IMG/VR virus record: IMGVR_UViG_3300042997_000825
Span: 1 to 32,727 of that record
Direction: 5' to 3' (one strand)
DNA: 32,727 nt
Source of the DNA: a virus
Taxonomy: Duplodnaviria; Caudoviricetes
The notes beneath the pieces are model-generated. The model did no database searches and had not been told where the DNA came from. It was given only the letters and a program-made list of their open reading frames with translations. Of this stretch, positions 15,103 through 24,728 are shown one piece after another. The position numbers and the translations under genes are program-made. Numbering within the stretch: the stretch's first letter is position 1; the number at the start of each line of letters is the position of its first letter.

Positions 15103-16581
15103 ATGAAAGCAATCATATTTACAGGCTACGAAAGATCCGGCGGATTAGAACGTGTTGGTGGTGCATATCGGATCGCCACGGTATTACGAAAAGAAGGATG
15201 GGACATTGAAGTAGTCGACTTTTTCTATCATTGGACTCTGGATCAACTTAAAGAGCTGATTAAAATAAGACACCAAGCCGGGCAACTATCTTGGGTTGGT
15301 TTCAGTGCGACATGGATCAATTATTCATCAGATCCAGTCCAAAAAATATTGATTGATTTATTAAGACATATCAAAGAAAATTATCCAGATATAATGACGC
15401 TAGCAGGCGGACAAAATCCTAGTATCCATTTTCCAATCTACGATGACATCGATTATATTATCGGAGGATTTGGAGAACATGCGGTATTAACAGTGTTAAA
15501 ATATAAATTTAGCAATGGAACTTTCCCTAAAGGCGTTCCAAGAAAAAACGGATGGTATATCGATGCCAATGCTTTCTATCCAGCATGGCCGATGAGTGAT
15601 CTTAGCATCGATTATGAACCTAGAGATTTTATCTATCCTAATGAAACCTTATCTACAGAAATATCCAGAGGTTGTAAATTCGCTTGCACCTTCTGTAACT
15701 TTCCTGTGTTAGGTGTGAAAGAAGATACTACTCGTGACCTAGACGGATTCTATACCGAGTTACAAAGAAACTATGATCTTTATGGTGTTAGTAACTACCA
15801 GGTCGCAGATGAAACTTTAAACGATCGTGACGAAAAATTAGTCAAGATGGGCAATATAGCTAAACGTTTGTCTTTTGAACCTAATTTTAGTGCTTTTATA
15901 CGTGGGGACATTTTATTCAGTCGTCCGCAACAAAAAGAATTGTTAGCTGACGCCGGAGTCTGGTCTCATTATTTTGGTATTGAAACATTTAACCACGATA
16001 CTGGTAAATCTATTGGTAAGGGTATGCACCCTGACAAGATTAAAGCAGGGTTATTGGATACTAGAGATTACTTCCTTAGCTCAATAAAAAAATATCGTGG
16101 AACCGTTTCATTGGTATATGGTTTACCAAAAGAAACTAAGGAAAGTATAGCACTGGCACTTGATTGGTTGTGTACTAATTGGAGTGATCAAAATGTCATC
16201 GCTTTTCCGTTTAATATTAATCTTACCGGAAAAAAATCCACCATTGACGAAGATTATGAAAAATACGGATATAAAATTATGAAACAGGAAAAAAGAGAAT
16301 TATACAATAGACATAATTTCTTTTCTAATGATCTAACTATCTGGGAAAATGAAAATATGAATATGTATGATGCTATAGAAGCTGTTGATGAACAGATTCG
16401 TAGATTTCGACCAGGATATCTAGATTCATGGAAATTGTTTTCTATGCTGTCTGTTTCAGAAAGTATCGAGTTTGCCTTGGGGTTACACGAACAAGAAAAT
16501 GGTTGGGAAGTGCAAAATAATTTAACTATACGAGCTAGAGAAATCAAGAGTGAATACATTAATAAAAAATTGGGCCTATAA
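15103..16581 (+). CDS. Cobalamin-binding radical SAM enzyme (class B methyltransferase-like)
   Basis: N-terminal Rossmann region (VEVVDF-like, VGFSAT, LAGG, GFGE); SRGCKFACTFC; ADET, FGIET, VYGLPKET. Confidence 0.9.
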   Translation: MKAIIFTGYERSGGLERVGGAYRIATVLRKEGWDIEVVDFFYHWTLDQLKELIKIRHQAGQLSWVGFSATWINYSSDPVQKILIDLLRHIKENYPDIMTLAGGQNPSIHFPIYDDIDYIIGGFGEHAVLTVLKYKFSNGTFPKGVPRKNGWYIDANAFYPAWPMSDLSIDYEPRDFIYPNETLSTEISRGCKFACTFCNFPVLGVKEDTTRDLDGFYTELQRNYDLYGVSNYQVADETLNDRDEKLVKMGNIAKRLSFEPNFSAFIRGDILFSRPQQKELLADAGVWSHYFGIETFNHDTGKSIGKGMHPDKIKAGLLDTRDYFLSSIKKYRGTVSLVYGLPKETKESIALALDWLCTNWSDQNVIAFPFNINLTGKKSTIDEDYEKYGYKIMKQEKRELYNRHNFFSNDLTIWENENMNMYDAIEAVDEQIRRFRPGYLDSWKLFSMLSVSESIEFALGLHEQENGWEVQNNLTIRAREIKSEYINKKLGL

Positions 16582-17338
16582 AGACTATACCCATGACATT
16601 GATGGGGTAGCATTTGTTTTAAATCCTGAATGGAAAAAGATCGCTGTTAGTATTAGCGGTGGTGCCGATTCGGCCATGCTGGCCTACATACTCTGTGACT
16701 TGATTGTTAAAAATAATCTCAAAATCCAGGTACACATTATCAGCAACATTCGTATGTGGAAAACGAGACCTTGGCAAAAGTGGGATTCACTAAATGTCTA
16801 TTATGAGTTATGTGTTAGATTTCCTACTATAGAGTTTATCAGACACGAAAACTTTATTGCTCCTGATATTGAATACGGTAATATCGGACCGATTATCAAA
16901 GACGAATATGGTCATATGAAAAGTGGTGATCAAATCAGTGTCAGAAGTCATGCTGAATATGTATGTTTCACTCAAAAAATCAATGCTTGGTTTGCCGGAA
17001 TAACCAAAAATCCGCCGCTGGATAGTATTACCTTTAAACCAGACGATCGCAATAACGAACTTACTGAAGAAAATATTCATCTGTTGGTTGACTTTCAACA
17101 GGGAATATATGTTTGTCATCCCTTTAGATTCACATCTAAAGATTGGATTATCAGACAATATAAAAATTTCAATCTTGAAAATTTACTGAGCAAGACGAGA
17201 TCCTGCGAGGGAGATACTCAGACCTTTCCAGACGTCTTCGAAGGAATTGATTATCGAACCTATGTTCCGGGACAAACAATACCAACTTGTGGAAAATGTT
17301 TTTGGTGCCAAGAACGTAATTGGGCATTATCGCAATGA
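16550..17338 (+). CDS. QueC-like N-type ATP pyrophosphatase with Cys4 Zn site
   Basis: PP-loop SISGGADS; TRSC ... CGKCFWC.ER; GTG start. Confidence 0.75.
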   Translation: MNTLIKNWAYKDYTHDIDGVAFVLNPEWKKIAVSISGGADSAMLAYILCDLIVKNNLKIQVHIISNIRMWKTRPWQKWDSLNVYYELCVRFPTIEFIRHENFIAPDIEYGNIGPIIKDEYGHMKSGDQISVRSHAEYVCFTQKINAWFAGITKNPPLDSITFKPDDRNNELTEENIHLLVDFQQGIYVCHPFRFTSKDWIIRQYKNFNLENLLSKTRSCEGDTQTFPDVFEGIDYRTYVPGQTIPTCGKCFWCQERNWALSQ

Positions 17339-18072
17339 TTCCTCAGCATTTATTAGACTTTGCCGATCAAAATAAAAATTTAAATTGGGCTGTTGATGTT
17401 AATGTTACTGATCCTGTAAATACCACCAGATGGTTGTTTAAACAAGATACAATTGGTTGGTTAAAATTAGATATAGATTTTGATCTCAACAGTTTTAAAC
17501 AAGAAATGACTGCTGCCGAACCCTACTATGTTACACATCGTAGCGGAGAAATACACCAAGGATGGAGCAGTTGTTGTGTTCATGGGGTCAATATCTCAGA
17601 AACTACACATCACGATGATATTACTAAACAACATTTTGATTGGACTGAGTTAGCCAATAGTGTTCCTACCATTGTAAACTTTTGGAAGAATTTTCCTGTA
17701 CAGGGATTTAAAAGATTACGATTCATGAAGCTCGATCCAGGCGGATATATTGATGTTCATAATGATCTACCTGACTGGGGTCGACATTTATCTCTTAAAG
17801 ATCTAGATGTATTAAATGAAACTATAGCGATTAATCTAGCTATTACTCATCCAACCGGATGCGAAATGATTAGCGAGGAGTGTGGGGTTTTACCTTGGCA
17901 AGAAGGTAGCATTTATATCTTGAATAATACTCGCAATCATGCTATAATAAATCATAGTTCTCAAACAAGGATCCATATGATTGCTGAATGTATAATTGGA
18001 GATAGATTAGAAGATTTTTCTAATTTAATATTCAAAAGTCTAAAAGGTAAAAATGTCATTTCAAACATTTAG
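17335..18072 (+). CDS. Asp/Asn beta-hydroxylase-like oxygenase (start corrected to 17335)
   Basis: ATGA overlap; RLRFMKLDPGGYIDVHND ... HAIINHSSQTRIHMI. Confidence 0.85.
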   Translation: MIPQHLLDFADQNKNLNWAVDVNVTDPVNTTRWLFKQDTIGWLKLDIDFDLNSFKQEMTAAEPYYVTHRSGEIHQGWSSCCVHGVNISETTHHDDITKQHFDWTELANSVPTIVNFWKNFPVQGFKRLRFMKLDPGGYIDVHNDLPDWGRHLSLKDLDVLNETIAINLAITHPTGCEMISEECGVLPWQEGSIYILNNTRNHAIINHSSQTRIHMIAECIIGDRLEDFSNLIFKSLKGKNVISNI

Positions 18073-19468
18073 ATCTATTAAAGATACAAATAAATCTACA
18101 GTTTTTTGTATTATAGATAGCACAGATCAATATCCTACCCCATGGTTAACTGAGCTGGTTAAAAATAGTGCTGACTTTGAAATAGCCACACTTGCAGGTA
18201 ACGGATATGATGTTCTAGTTGGTGATAACGAAGATGAACTACTAAGAATTGCATCGGTAAATGGATACCATCATGCTGTGGTAGCTCTAATGGGAACTAT
18301 CTGGGGAGATTATTTAGACTTTTATCCCTTATTAGACCAAAAAGTCAAAGAAGACTGGTTCCTAATGGGGCATATACTAGACAAAAAAATTGCCTATTAT
18401 GAATTACATCCACAATGTTATGTAATTAATTTAGGTCAATACCAAAGATTAGATTGTCCCGACATTGGAAAAAAGACCTTATATACTAATCACGAACAAA
18501 TCGTTCCTATTAGAAGTGAAGAAAATTATCATGATGATTATACTCCGTTGTGGGTTAAATCAGGACACGAACGTAAAAACTTTGAACATAAGTGTTATGG
18601 ATGGAATATTCTAAGTTTGGCATTTGAAAATAATTTATCAGTCTTGGTATTTGATGAAGGTTTTAGAAATTCCAAAAGATATTTTTATCCCGATGACGGA
18701 AATCCTGTTCAGCATCAAAGTAAATTTTATTTAGAAACAACAGTGGCGGCAAGGCATTGGATCAATCCGTTTGGAACTTCTAGTTTACCAGAATATGATC
18801 TAGATGGTCCTTTAAAGAATTTAATTACAACCTGTAACGGTCTTGATTGGATATTTTATCTAAAGAAATATGGGTTTGAGCAAGGTACTAGAGTTAAGTT
18901 TGTAGACTACAATATGATGTTCTTAGAATTCACCAAACGTCTTTTAGAGTGGGATGGCATCGATTATATAAAATTCTTAGAAACATTTGGTCGTGAAAAA
19001 ACAGAGTTTCTAGGTTTGCCTAGTGATACTTGGTATGGTGTAAAAACCGGATTACAAGAGCGTTGGGAAGAATTTAAACAGACGGTGGGTTGGAATTCTA
19101 TATGGCCTGAAATCAAACAGAAAGTTTCTTTTGAATTCTGTTACAAGGATTTCTTACATGAAGAAGTTGGACATAATTGGATCGATCCTAGTTACAACGA
19201 TCGTAACACATTAATTAATCTCAGCCATGTTTTTAGTTATCATTCAACTGCTATTTTTTACACCTTAGTATATAGACTGCAATTAGAAAACAAAACTATA
19301 GAGCAATTAAAACACACTGTACCTGATGCGTGGGTTATACTTGAAAATCGTGCCTATAAAGGGTTTAAATCTTACGATAAGTACAGTAAATTTGCTCAGG
19401 CGAGTGATCTAATTACAGTAGATATTAAAGAATTAACAAAACCAATATGGCATAAAAATGACTGGTAA
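18053..19468 (+). CDS. Hypothetical 471-aa protein, probably two-domain
   Basis: Long ORF overlapping both neighbours; GHILD..YYELHPQC..INL and HDDYTPLW motifs; Rossmann-like RVKFVDYN in the C-half. Confidence 0.8.
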   Translation: MSFQTFRSIKDTNKSTVFCIIDSTDQYPTPWLTELVKNSADFEIATLAGNGYDVLVGDNEDELLRIASVNGYHHAVVALMGTIWGDYLDFYPLLDQKVKEDWFLMGHILDKKIAYYELHPQCYVINLGQYQRLDCPDIGKKTLYTNHEQIVPIRSEENYHDDYTPLWVKSGHERKNFEHKCYGWNILSLAFENNLSVLVFDEGFRNSKRYFYPDDGNPVQHQSKFYLETTVAARHWINPFGTSSLPEYDLDGPLKNLITTCNGLDWIFYLKKYGFEQGTRVKFVDYNMMFLEFTKRLLEWDGIDYIKFLETFGREKTEFLGLPSDTWYGVKTGLQERWEEFKQTVGWNSIWPEIKQKVSFEFCYKDFLHEEVGHNWIDPSYNDRNTLINLSHVFSYHSTAIFYTLVYRLQLENKTIEQLKHTVPDAWVILENRAYKGFKSYDKYSKFAQASDLITVDIKELTKPIWHKNDW

Positions 19469-20726
19469 AGAAAGCAAAACATTCTGCTTACATCCATTTA
19501 CAGGTGTAGCAACTAGAGAAGATGGTGCTGTTAAAGTATGCTGCCGAAGCCAACCTATTGGCTGGATACAAGATGATAGTCTAGAACATATTTGGAACGG
19601 TCATCATATGAGAGAAGTTCGTAGACAGGTACTTTGCGGTGAGCGTCCAGAAGTGTGCAAACCTTGCTTTGATCTAGAAGACCAAGGCGTTGAAAGTTTA
19701 CGCCAACGTCACATTAAAGGTGAGATTCCTGAAGCACGAATCAATCTATATCCTAACGCATTAGACGCACTGCGTGAAGATTATACCATGCCTTTCGAAT
19801 TTCCAACCATGGAGATCAAACTCAACAATTTGTGCAATCTACGCTGCCGTATGTGTAATCCTTTAGACAGTACCAGCTGGACTGATTGGGATGAAGTTAA
19901 ACCATTCTATGCTAAAGAAGGTAACTACCTAGTTAAAACTGTAGATAGATTTGTCAGCAAACCTGGAAAATATATAGGTCCGTTTGATGATACAGACAAC
20001 TGGTGGGAAAGTTTTGAAAAACTGCTGCCGCACTTTAGACGGGTAGAATTTGCCGGTGGTGAGCCGTTAATGGATCCACAGCATTACAAAATTTTAGACA
20101 TGCTTAAACCGTATGGCAAGAATATAGAGATCAAATATGCTACCAATGGTACCACTCTAGGAATCAAAGGCGGAAGGACTGTACATGACTATTGGCCTTA
20201 TTTCAAATCAGTTGCTGTTAATGTATCTATTGATGGCATCAATGACGTTTACAATTATATCCGTGGTAATGGTAACTTTTCTGAAGTTGAGAAAAATGTT
20301 AAAGAAATACAGACTATACCAAATGTTTCACGTGTGGTTGGTGCTTTCACCGCACAGGCTGGTAATATTTTACAAGCCGCAGAATGCGTAGATTATTTCA
20401 TTAATAAAATGGGTATAGTATTTTACAGCCATCGCGTAAGTTATCCTAATGTATTATCAGCTCAGGTACTTCCAAAAGAGTTAAAAGAACTTGCTATCGA
20501 ACGATTAGAACAAATGAAGTTACGTATTCCTAATTTTGAGAACATTAAGAAACATCCTATATTGTTAGGAATCACACTAAGACAAATTGAAGACAATATC
20601 AACTATCTACGAGCAAAAGATCAAAATCATTTATGGAAAGAGTTTTTAGAATTCAATCAAGTATTAGATGTATCTCGTGGGCAAAATCTATTAGACATAG
20701 TTCCGGAGTTTAAACCTTATGTTTAA
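19458..20726 (+). CDS. Radical SAM protein with N-terminal twitch domain (type A)
   Basis: FCLHPF...DGAVKVCC...CKPC before CNLRCRMC; FAGGEP, YATNG, VSIDG. Confidence 0.9.
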   Translation: MTGKESKTFCLHPFTGVATREDGAVKVCCRSQPIGWIQDDSLEHIWNGHHMREVRRQVLCGERPEVCKPCFDLEDQGVESLRQRHIKGEIPEARINLYPNALDALREDYTMPFEFPTMEIKLNNLCNLRCRMCNPLDSTSWTDWDEVKPFYAKEGNYLVKTVDRFVSKPGKYIGPFDDTDNWWESFEKLLPHFRRVEFAGGEPLMDPQHYKILDMLKPYGKNIEIKYATNGTTLGIKGGRTVHDYWPYFKSVAVNVSIDGINDVYNYIRGNGNFSEVEKNVKEIQTIPNVSRVVGAFTAQAGNILQAAECVDYFINKMGIVFYSHRVSYPNVLSAQVLPKELKELAIERLEQMKLRIPNFENIKKHPILLGITLRQIEDNINYLRAKDQNHLWKEFLEFNQVLDVSRGQNLLDIVPEFKPYV

Positions 20727-21627
20727 GATAACTTCGGCATGGCCCCATCAAGATCAGATTAAAGTTGAGTGGAATCTTGGCAAACGTTGTAACTATGATT
20801 GTAGTTACTGTCCAGACAGTATTCATGACAACTATAGTCCACATACCCCTATCGATATATTAGAACGCACTGTAGACCGTTTGTGTGCGTTAGGGAAGCC
20901 ATTGCGTATTAGTTTAACGGGCGGTGAACCTGCGGTTCATCCAGACATCGAAGACCTATTTGATTATTTTAAAAGAAAAGATGTTTTTTGGGTTAATCTA
21001 ACTACTAACGGAACTCGTCCAGCAAAATGGTATCTGGACAACGAAATGTTTTTTAATCACTTAGTATTCAGTTTACATTTTGAACACGACTGGCAACGTA
21101 TTCTTAGAACTATTAACGAATTTTACGATGCTACTGAGAGAGATTTCTTTGTAAATGTCATGGCTCATCATGATCATATGGCTGACGTTAGATTTGTTGT
21201 GGAAAGATTAAAAGATGTAGGAATAAGATATGCTGTTCGTAGAATACGTTGGACTGAAGGAGATCATAATATATTTGACGATATGCGATATGATGGGAAA
21301 GATCTAGAATGGCTTATTTCACAAGATGCTACTGCTAAACCTAATTGTCGTGTAGATGAAGAATATATTGTACATGCTAATGATATTATTAAAAAGAAAC
21401 AGAATCAATTTAAGGGATGGACCTGTAGTGCAGGTATAGAAAGTCTCATGATTAATTGGGACGGTGAAGTTCATCGTGCAACCTGTAGAGTTGGGGATAG
21501 TCTGGGTAATATCTACAATGATACATTTATTATTCCTACTGATCCTGTTATCTGTACCCGCGACTGGTGTACTTGTGCTGCCGATATTCCATTAACTAAA
21601 ATCAATGATCAAAACCACAGCGATTAA
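20719..21627 (+). CDS. Radical SAM protein with C-terminal SPASM/twitch-like domain (type B)
   Basis: CNYDCSYC, TGGEP, TTNG; WTCSAG..INWDG..ATC..LGNI..CTRDWCTC. Confidence 0.9.
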   Translation: MFKITSAWPHQDQIKVEWNLGKRCNYDCSYCPDSIHDNYSPHTPIDILERTVDRLCALGKPLRISLTGGEPAVHPDIEDLFDYFKRKDVFWVNLTTNGTRPAKWYLDNEMFFNHLVFSLHFEHDWQRILRTINEFYDATERDFFVNVMAHHDHMADVRFVVERLKDVGIRYAVRRIRWTEGDHNIFDDMRYDGKDLEWLISQDATAKPNCRVDEEYIVHANDIIKKKQNQFKGWTCSAGIESLMINWDGEVHRATCRVGDSLGNIYNDTFIIPTDPVICTRDWCTCAADIPLTKINDQNHSD

Positions 21628-22690
21628 ATTAATAAAACCGGAACCTATGATGGTTACCTGGGACTTAGGTCGTAGATGTAACTACGATTGTTCCTATTGT
21701 GAAGTTAGTCGTCACGACAATGTTAGTCCACATCATAGTCTAGAAGAACTTAAAAAAACATTTGAATTTATTAAATCGTGGACATCTTTATACAACGGCA
21801 AACGTAAATTTACATCACATACCAATATAAATTTCACAGGCGGCGAACCTACTATGAATCCTGCTTTTTGGGATTTAGTAGATCATATCAATGAATCGGG
21901 TGAATTCCAACTAAGTCTAACTACTAATGGCGCATGGAACAGCAAATATACACAAAAGATTATCGATCGCTTCCACGGGGTAACAGTTAGTTATCATGCC
22001 GAAGGCCATCCTGAACTTAAAAAACAAGTATTAAAAAATATTATAGCATTACGAGATGCAGGCTTATGGATGCAGATCAATGTTATGTTACATGTAGATC
22101 ACTGGGAAGAATGTATAGATGTTTACAATTCTCTTAAACGCCATCAGATTAAAGTAAATCCCCGTCCAATCGGAGACGGAGTTACTGAAAGATCGGGATG
22201 GTTTATCGATGCAGACGGAAGCAACAGACGTACTAGTCACGAATATGATAAATTTCAACAACAATGGTTCTTTGATGAAATGGGACTTAAAGGATCGGCA
22301 GAAGAAATCAAGGCAGGAACACAATTAGGTCGAGCATGTTGTGGTGGACGTTGTTTACAAGGTAAAGTTAATGATCAATGGCAAGAAGTAAAATTAGTTA
22401 ATACAGAATTTAAAGATTGGAATTGTATGGTTGATTGGTATTTCTTACACATTGACCAACATACCGGGTCTGTTTATCATCATCAAACCTGTCAGGCCAA
22501 ACATGAAGGCCAAAGAGGATCGATCGGTAATCTTAATGATACTCAAAATATGTTATCTGGACTATCAAAAAGATTAGAAAACCCAACTCCTATAGTATGC
22601 CCTAATCAACGTTGTGGGTGTGGTATGTGTATACCGAAAGCAAAAGAAAGATCAGACTTCGATCTGTTGTGGAATGATATAGTTAGATAG
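21605..22690 (+). CDS. Radical SAM protein with Cys-rich C-terminal domain (type C)
   Basis: CNYDCSYC, TGGEP, TTNG, VSYH; GRACCGG; CPNQRCGCGMC. Confidence 0.9.
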   Translation: MIKTTAIKLIKPEPMMVTWDLGRRCNYDCSYCEVSRHDNVSPHHSLEELKKTFEFIKSWTSLYNGKRKFTSHTNINFTGGEPTMNPAFWDLVDHINESGEFQLSLTTNGAWNSKYTQKIIDRFHGVTVSYHAEGHPELKKQVLKNIIALRDAGLWMQINVMLHVDHWEECIDVYNSLKRHQIKVNPRPIGDGVTERSGWFIDADGSNRRTSHEYDKFQQQWFFDEMGLKGSAEEIKAGTQLGRACCGGRCLQGKVNDQWQEVKLVNTEFKDWNCMVDWYFLHIDQHTGSVYHHQTCQAKHEGQRGSIGNLNDTQNMLSGLSKRLENPTPIVCPNQRCGCGMCIPKAKERSDFDLLWNDIVR

Positions 22691-23770
22691 CATCATAGTG
22701 TTGTAAAGATCTTCAGTTCTTGCTTTAGGAGCGCATAGCCCACACCAACAAGCACGTTTTTTACATTTAATCACAGGCATTGTATTATTTGTTAAGTTGA
22801 TTTCAAGATCCTGTAAGATATGTTCAGCATCATCTAAGTATCCGATCGGAGCCACTTCACCGTTGAAGTTCATTTTGCAGTCTTTATTCACATAAACAGC
22901 ACGCTCTGTCTGTTTAACAAATACAAAAAACCAATTAACTGAACAACTCCAACCTTCAAATTTGTTATCAGGAATAAAGAAAGTTGAATTATCTGTGTCT
23001 CGATCAACACAAAATCCTGTACCACCACAACAAGCACGTCCTACTTCTGATATATTGGTCTTTTCTTCTTTGACTTCTAACACAGCTATAGTTTTAGTTT
23101 CTTTCTTTTTGTAAAGATTATTAAACCAAACAATCTGTTCTGGTTGATATTTAAAATCTTCAGAATCTTTATGTTGATCTAATTGCCTTGGTAGATAAGG
23201 GATATTATTATCCTTGCACCATTCGATCATTTCTAAATTGTTATCAAAATGTTTGGGGTGCATTAGAATAGAACACTGATACCATTTACCAGTTTCTTTC
23301 AAGGCTAATATATTGTTTCTAACCTGTTGTTGTTGATCACTACGACTTTCTGTATGATAGCTGATTGTAAAAGAATCAACATTGTCTAATATCTTTTTCC
23401 ATGTGTTTTCTGGAGCCACCGCATTAGTAACACAGTGGATACTAAGATACCATTTGTTTCGATATTGTTCATATCTCTTACGTGCTTCTTCTAAGATAGT
23501 AACAAACCCAGGATGGTATATCGCTTCGCCTCCAAATACATTTAAAATTGCCGATCTATGGCTTGGCGCTTTATACGTCATATAAAGATCAACATATCTT
23601 AATAGAAAGTCTAAGGTCTTTAAACATTCTTCTGTATCGGGATGGGGGACTGAATTATTGTGTCCGTTACTGTCGCAGTACGAACAATCTAAGTTACACT
23701 TAAGAGTTAACTCCCAAGTGATATGAAATCCTGGTTTATCTGTAAGTATGGGTTCTAATATTTCAAACAT
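22652..23770 (-). CDS. Radical SAM protein, type C' (paralog of 21605..22690)
   Basis: CNLDCSYC, FGGEA, ISYH; GRACCGG; CKKRACWCGLCAPKA. Confidence 0.9.
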   Translation of the reverse strand: MFEILEPILTDKPGFHITWELTLKCNLDCSYCDSNGHNNSVPHPDTEECLKTLDFLLRYVDLYMTYKAPSHRSAILNVFGGEAIYHPGFVTILEEARKRYEQYRNKWYLSIHCVTNAVAPENTWKKILDNVDSFTISYHTESRSDQQQQVRNNILALKETGKWYQCSILMHPKHFDNNLEMIEWCKDNNIPYLPRQLDQHKDSEDFKYQPEQIVWFNNLYKKKETKTIAVLEVKEEKTNISEVGRACCGGTGFCVDRDTDNSTFFIPDNKFEGWSCSVNWFFVFVKQTERAVYVNKDCKMNFNGEVAPIGYLDDAEHILQDLEINLTNNTMPVIKCKKRACWCGLCAPKARTEDLYNTMMLSNYIIPQQIEV

Positions 23771-24728
23771 ATTTCTTTATAGCAACTTCGCTGCTACATT
23801 CGCAGGTATCTTTTTGACATACGATGGGTTTAATTTCAGGTGAAAACTTTTCGACAAACTCTTGGTCGTACAAATTGAAATGATCCATTCCATATACACG
23901 CTGTCTACAATTTCCAGATATGGTACCGTCTTGATATATTTCTAAAAAGTCTACTCCTAAATTACAGGTCCACCCACGAAAGTGATTACGGTCGTTTAAC
24001 ATAATCCAACTATCGTTAGGCACACGTTTTTTAACATCGTCTTCTATAATATAGACTTTTCTAGTGTATTCGGGTTCTCTTAGGCTGCGAATATACCAAA
24101 GAAGGTTAGGAGCACGTTTCTCTGCAGGATTAAAATATTCTTTCTGTTCCTCTGTATATCTTGTTTGCCCACTATACAACACACCCTTGGCTATTATACC
24201 CCAACTGTTCTTACTGGTCTTTAACTTTTCAACAATATCTTTACATTTTTCAAAATGATCAGGATCCATCAATACATTAGCAACAACATGACGCTTGCGA
24301 TCATATATCATATCAGCAACTTTGATTATGTGATCAATGTCAACAAATTCGTGATGTACAGATATTTCAATATTGTCGTAATAATCAGCATTGGCAATCC
24401 ACCAGTTTAAACTTCGACTAGCATTAGTTGATACATTAATATAGGCATTGTATTTGCTTTTAAGGAATTCTGTAAGTTCAGGAAGATCCTTCCATATTGT
24501 AGGTTCTCCTCCTACCAAATAAAATTGGAAGGTATTCTTTCCGTGATCTCGATAATGATCCAATAGATGACCTAAATTTTCTTTTACCATTCCAACATCA
24601 GGCCAAGGAAAGGTTCCTTCATTATTATTAGGAAAGCAATAAGAACATTTATGATTACAGGTATTTCCTAACATATATTCTATACGAAGAAAATCTGATT
24701 TATAGTTATTAGAAATTTCTGTGATCAT
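23763..24728 (-). CDS. Radical SAM protein, type B' (paralog of 20719..21627)
   Basis: CNHKCSYC, GGEP, STNA; FRGWTCNLG..QDG..GNC..CQKDTCEC. Confidence 0.9.
   Translation of the reverse strand: MITEISNNYKSDFLRIEYMLGNTCNHKCSYCFPNNNEGTFPWPDVGMVKENLGHLLDHYRDHGKNTFQFYLVGGEPTIWKDLPELTEFLKSKYNAYINVSTNASRSLNWWIANADYYDNIEISVHHEFVDIDHIIKVADMIYDRKRHVVANVLMDPDHFEKCKDIVEKLKTSKNSWGIIAKGVLYSGQTRYTEEQKEYFNPAEKRAPNLLWYIRSLREPEYTRKVYIIEDDVKKRVPNDSWIMLNDRNHFRGWTCNLGVDFLEIYQDGTISGNCRQRVYGMDHFNLYDQEFVEKFSPEIKPIVCQKDTCECSSEVAIKKYV

Noticed and set aside
16550-17338. Assigning the symbol queC / 7-deazaguanine DNA modification
   Set aside because: Only the PP-loop and Zn motif match, and partner genes are absent from the window
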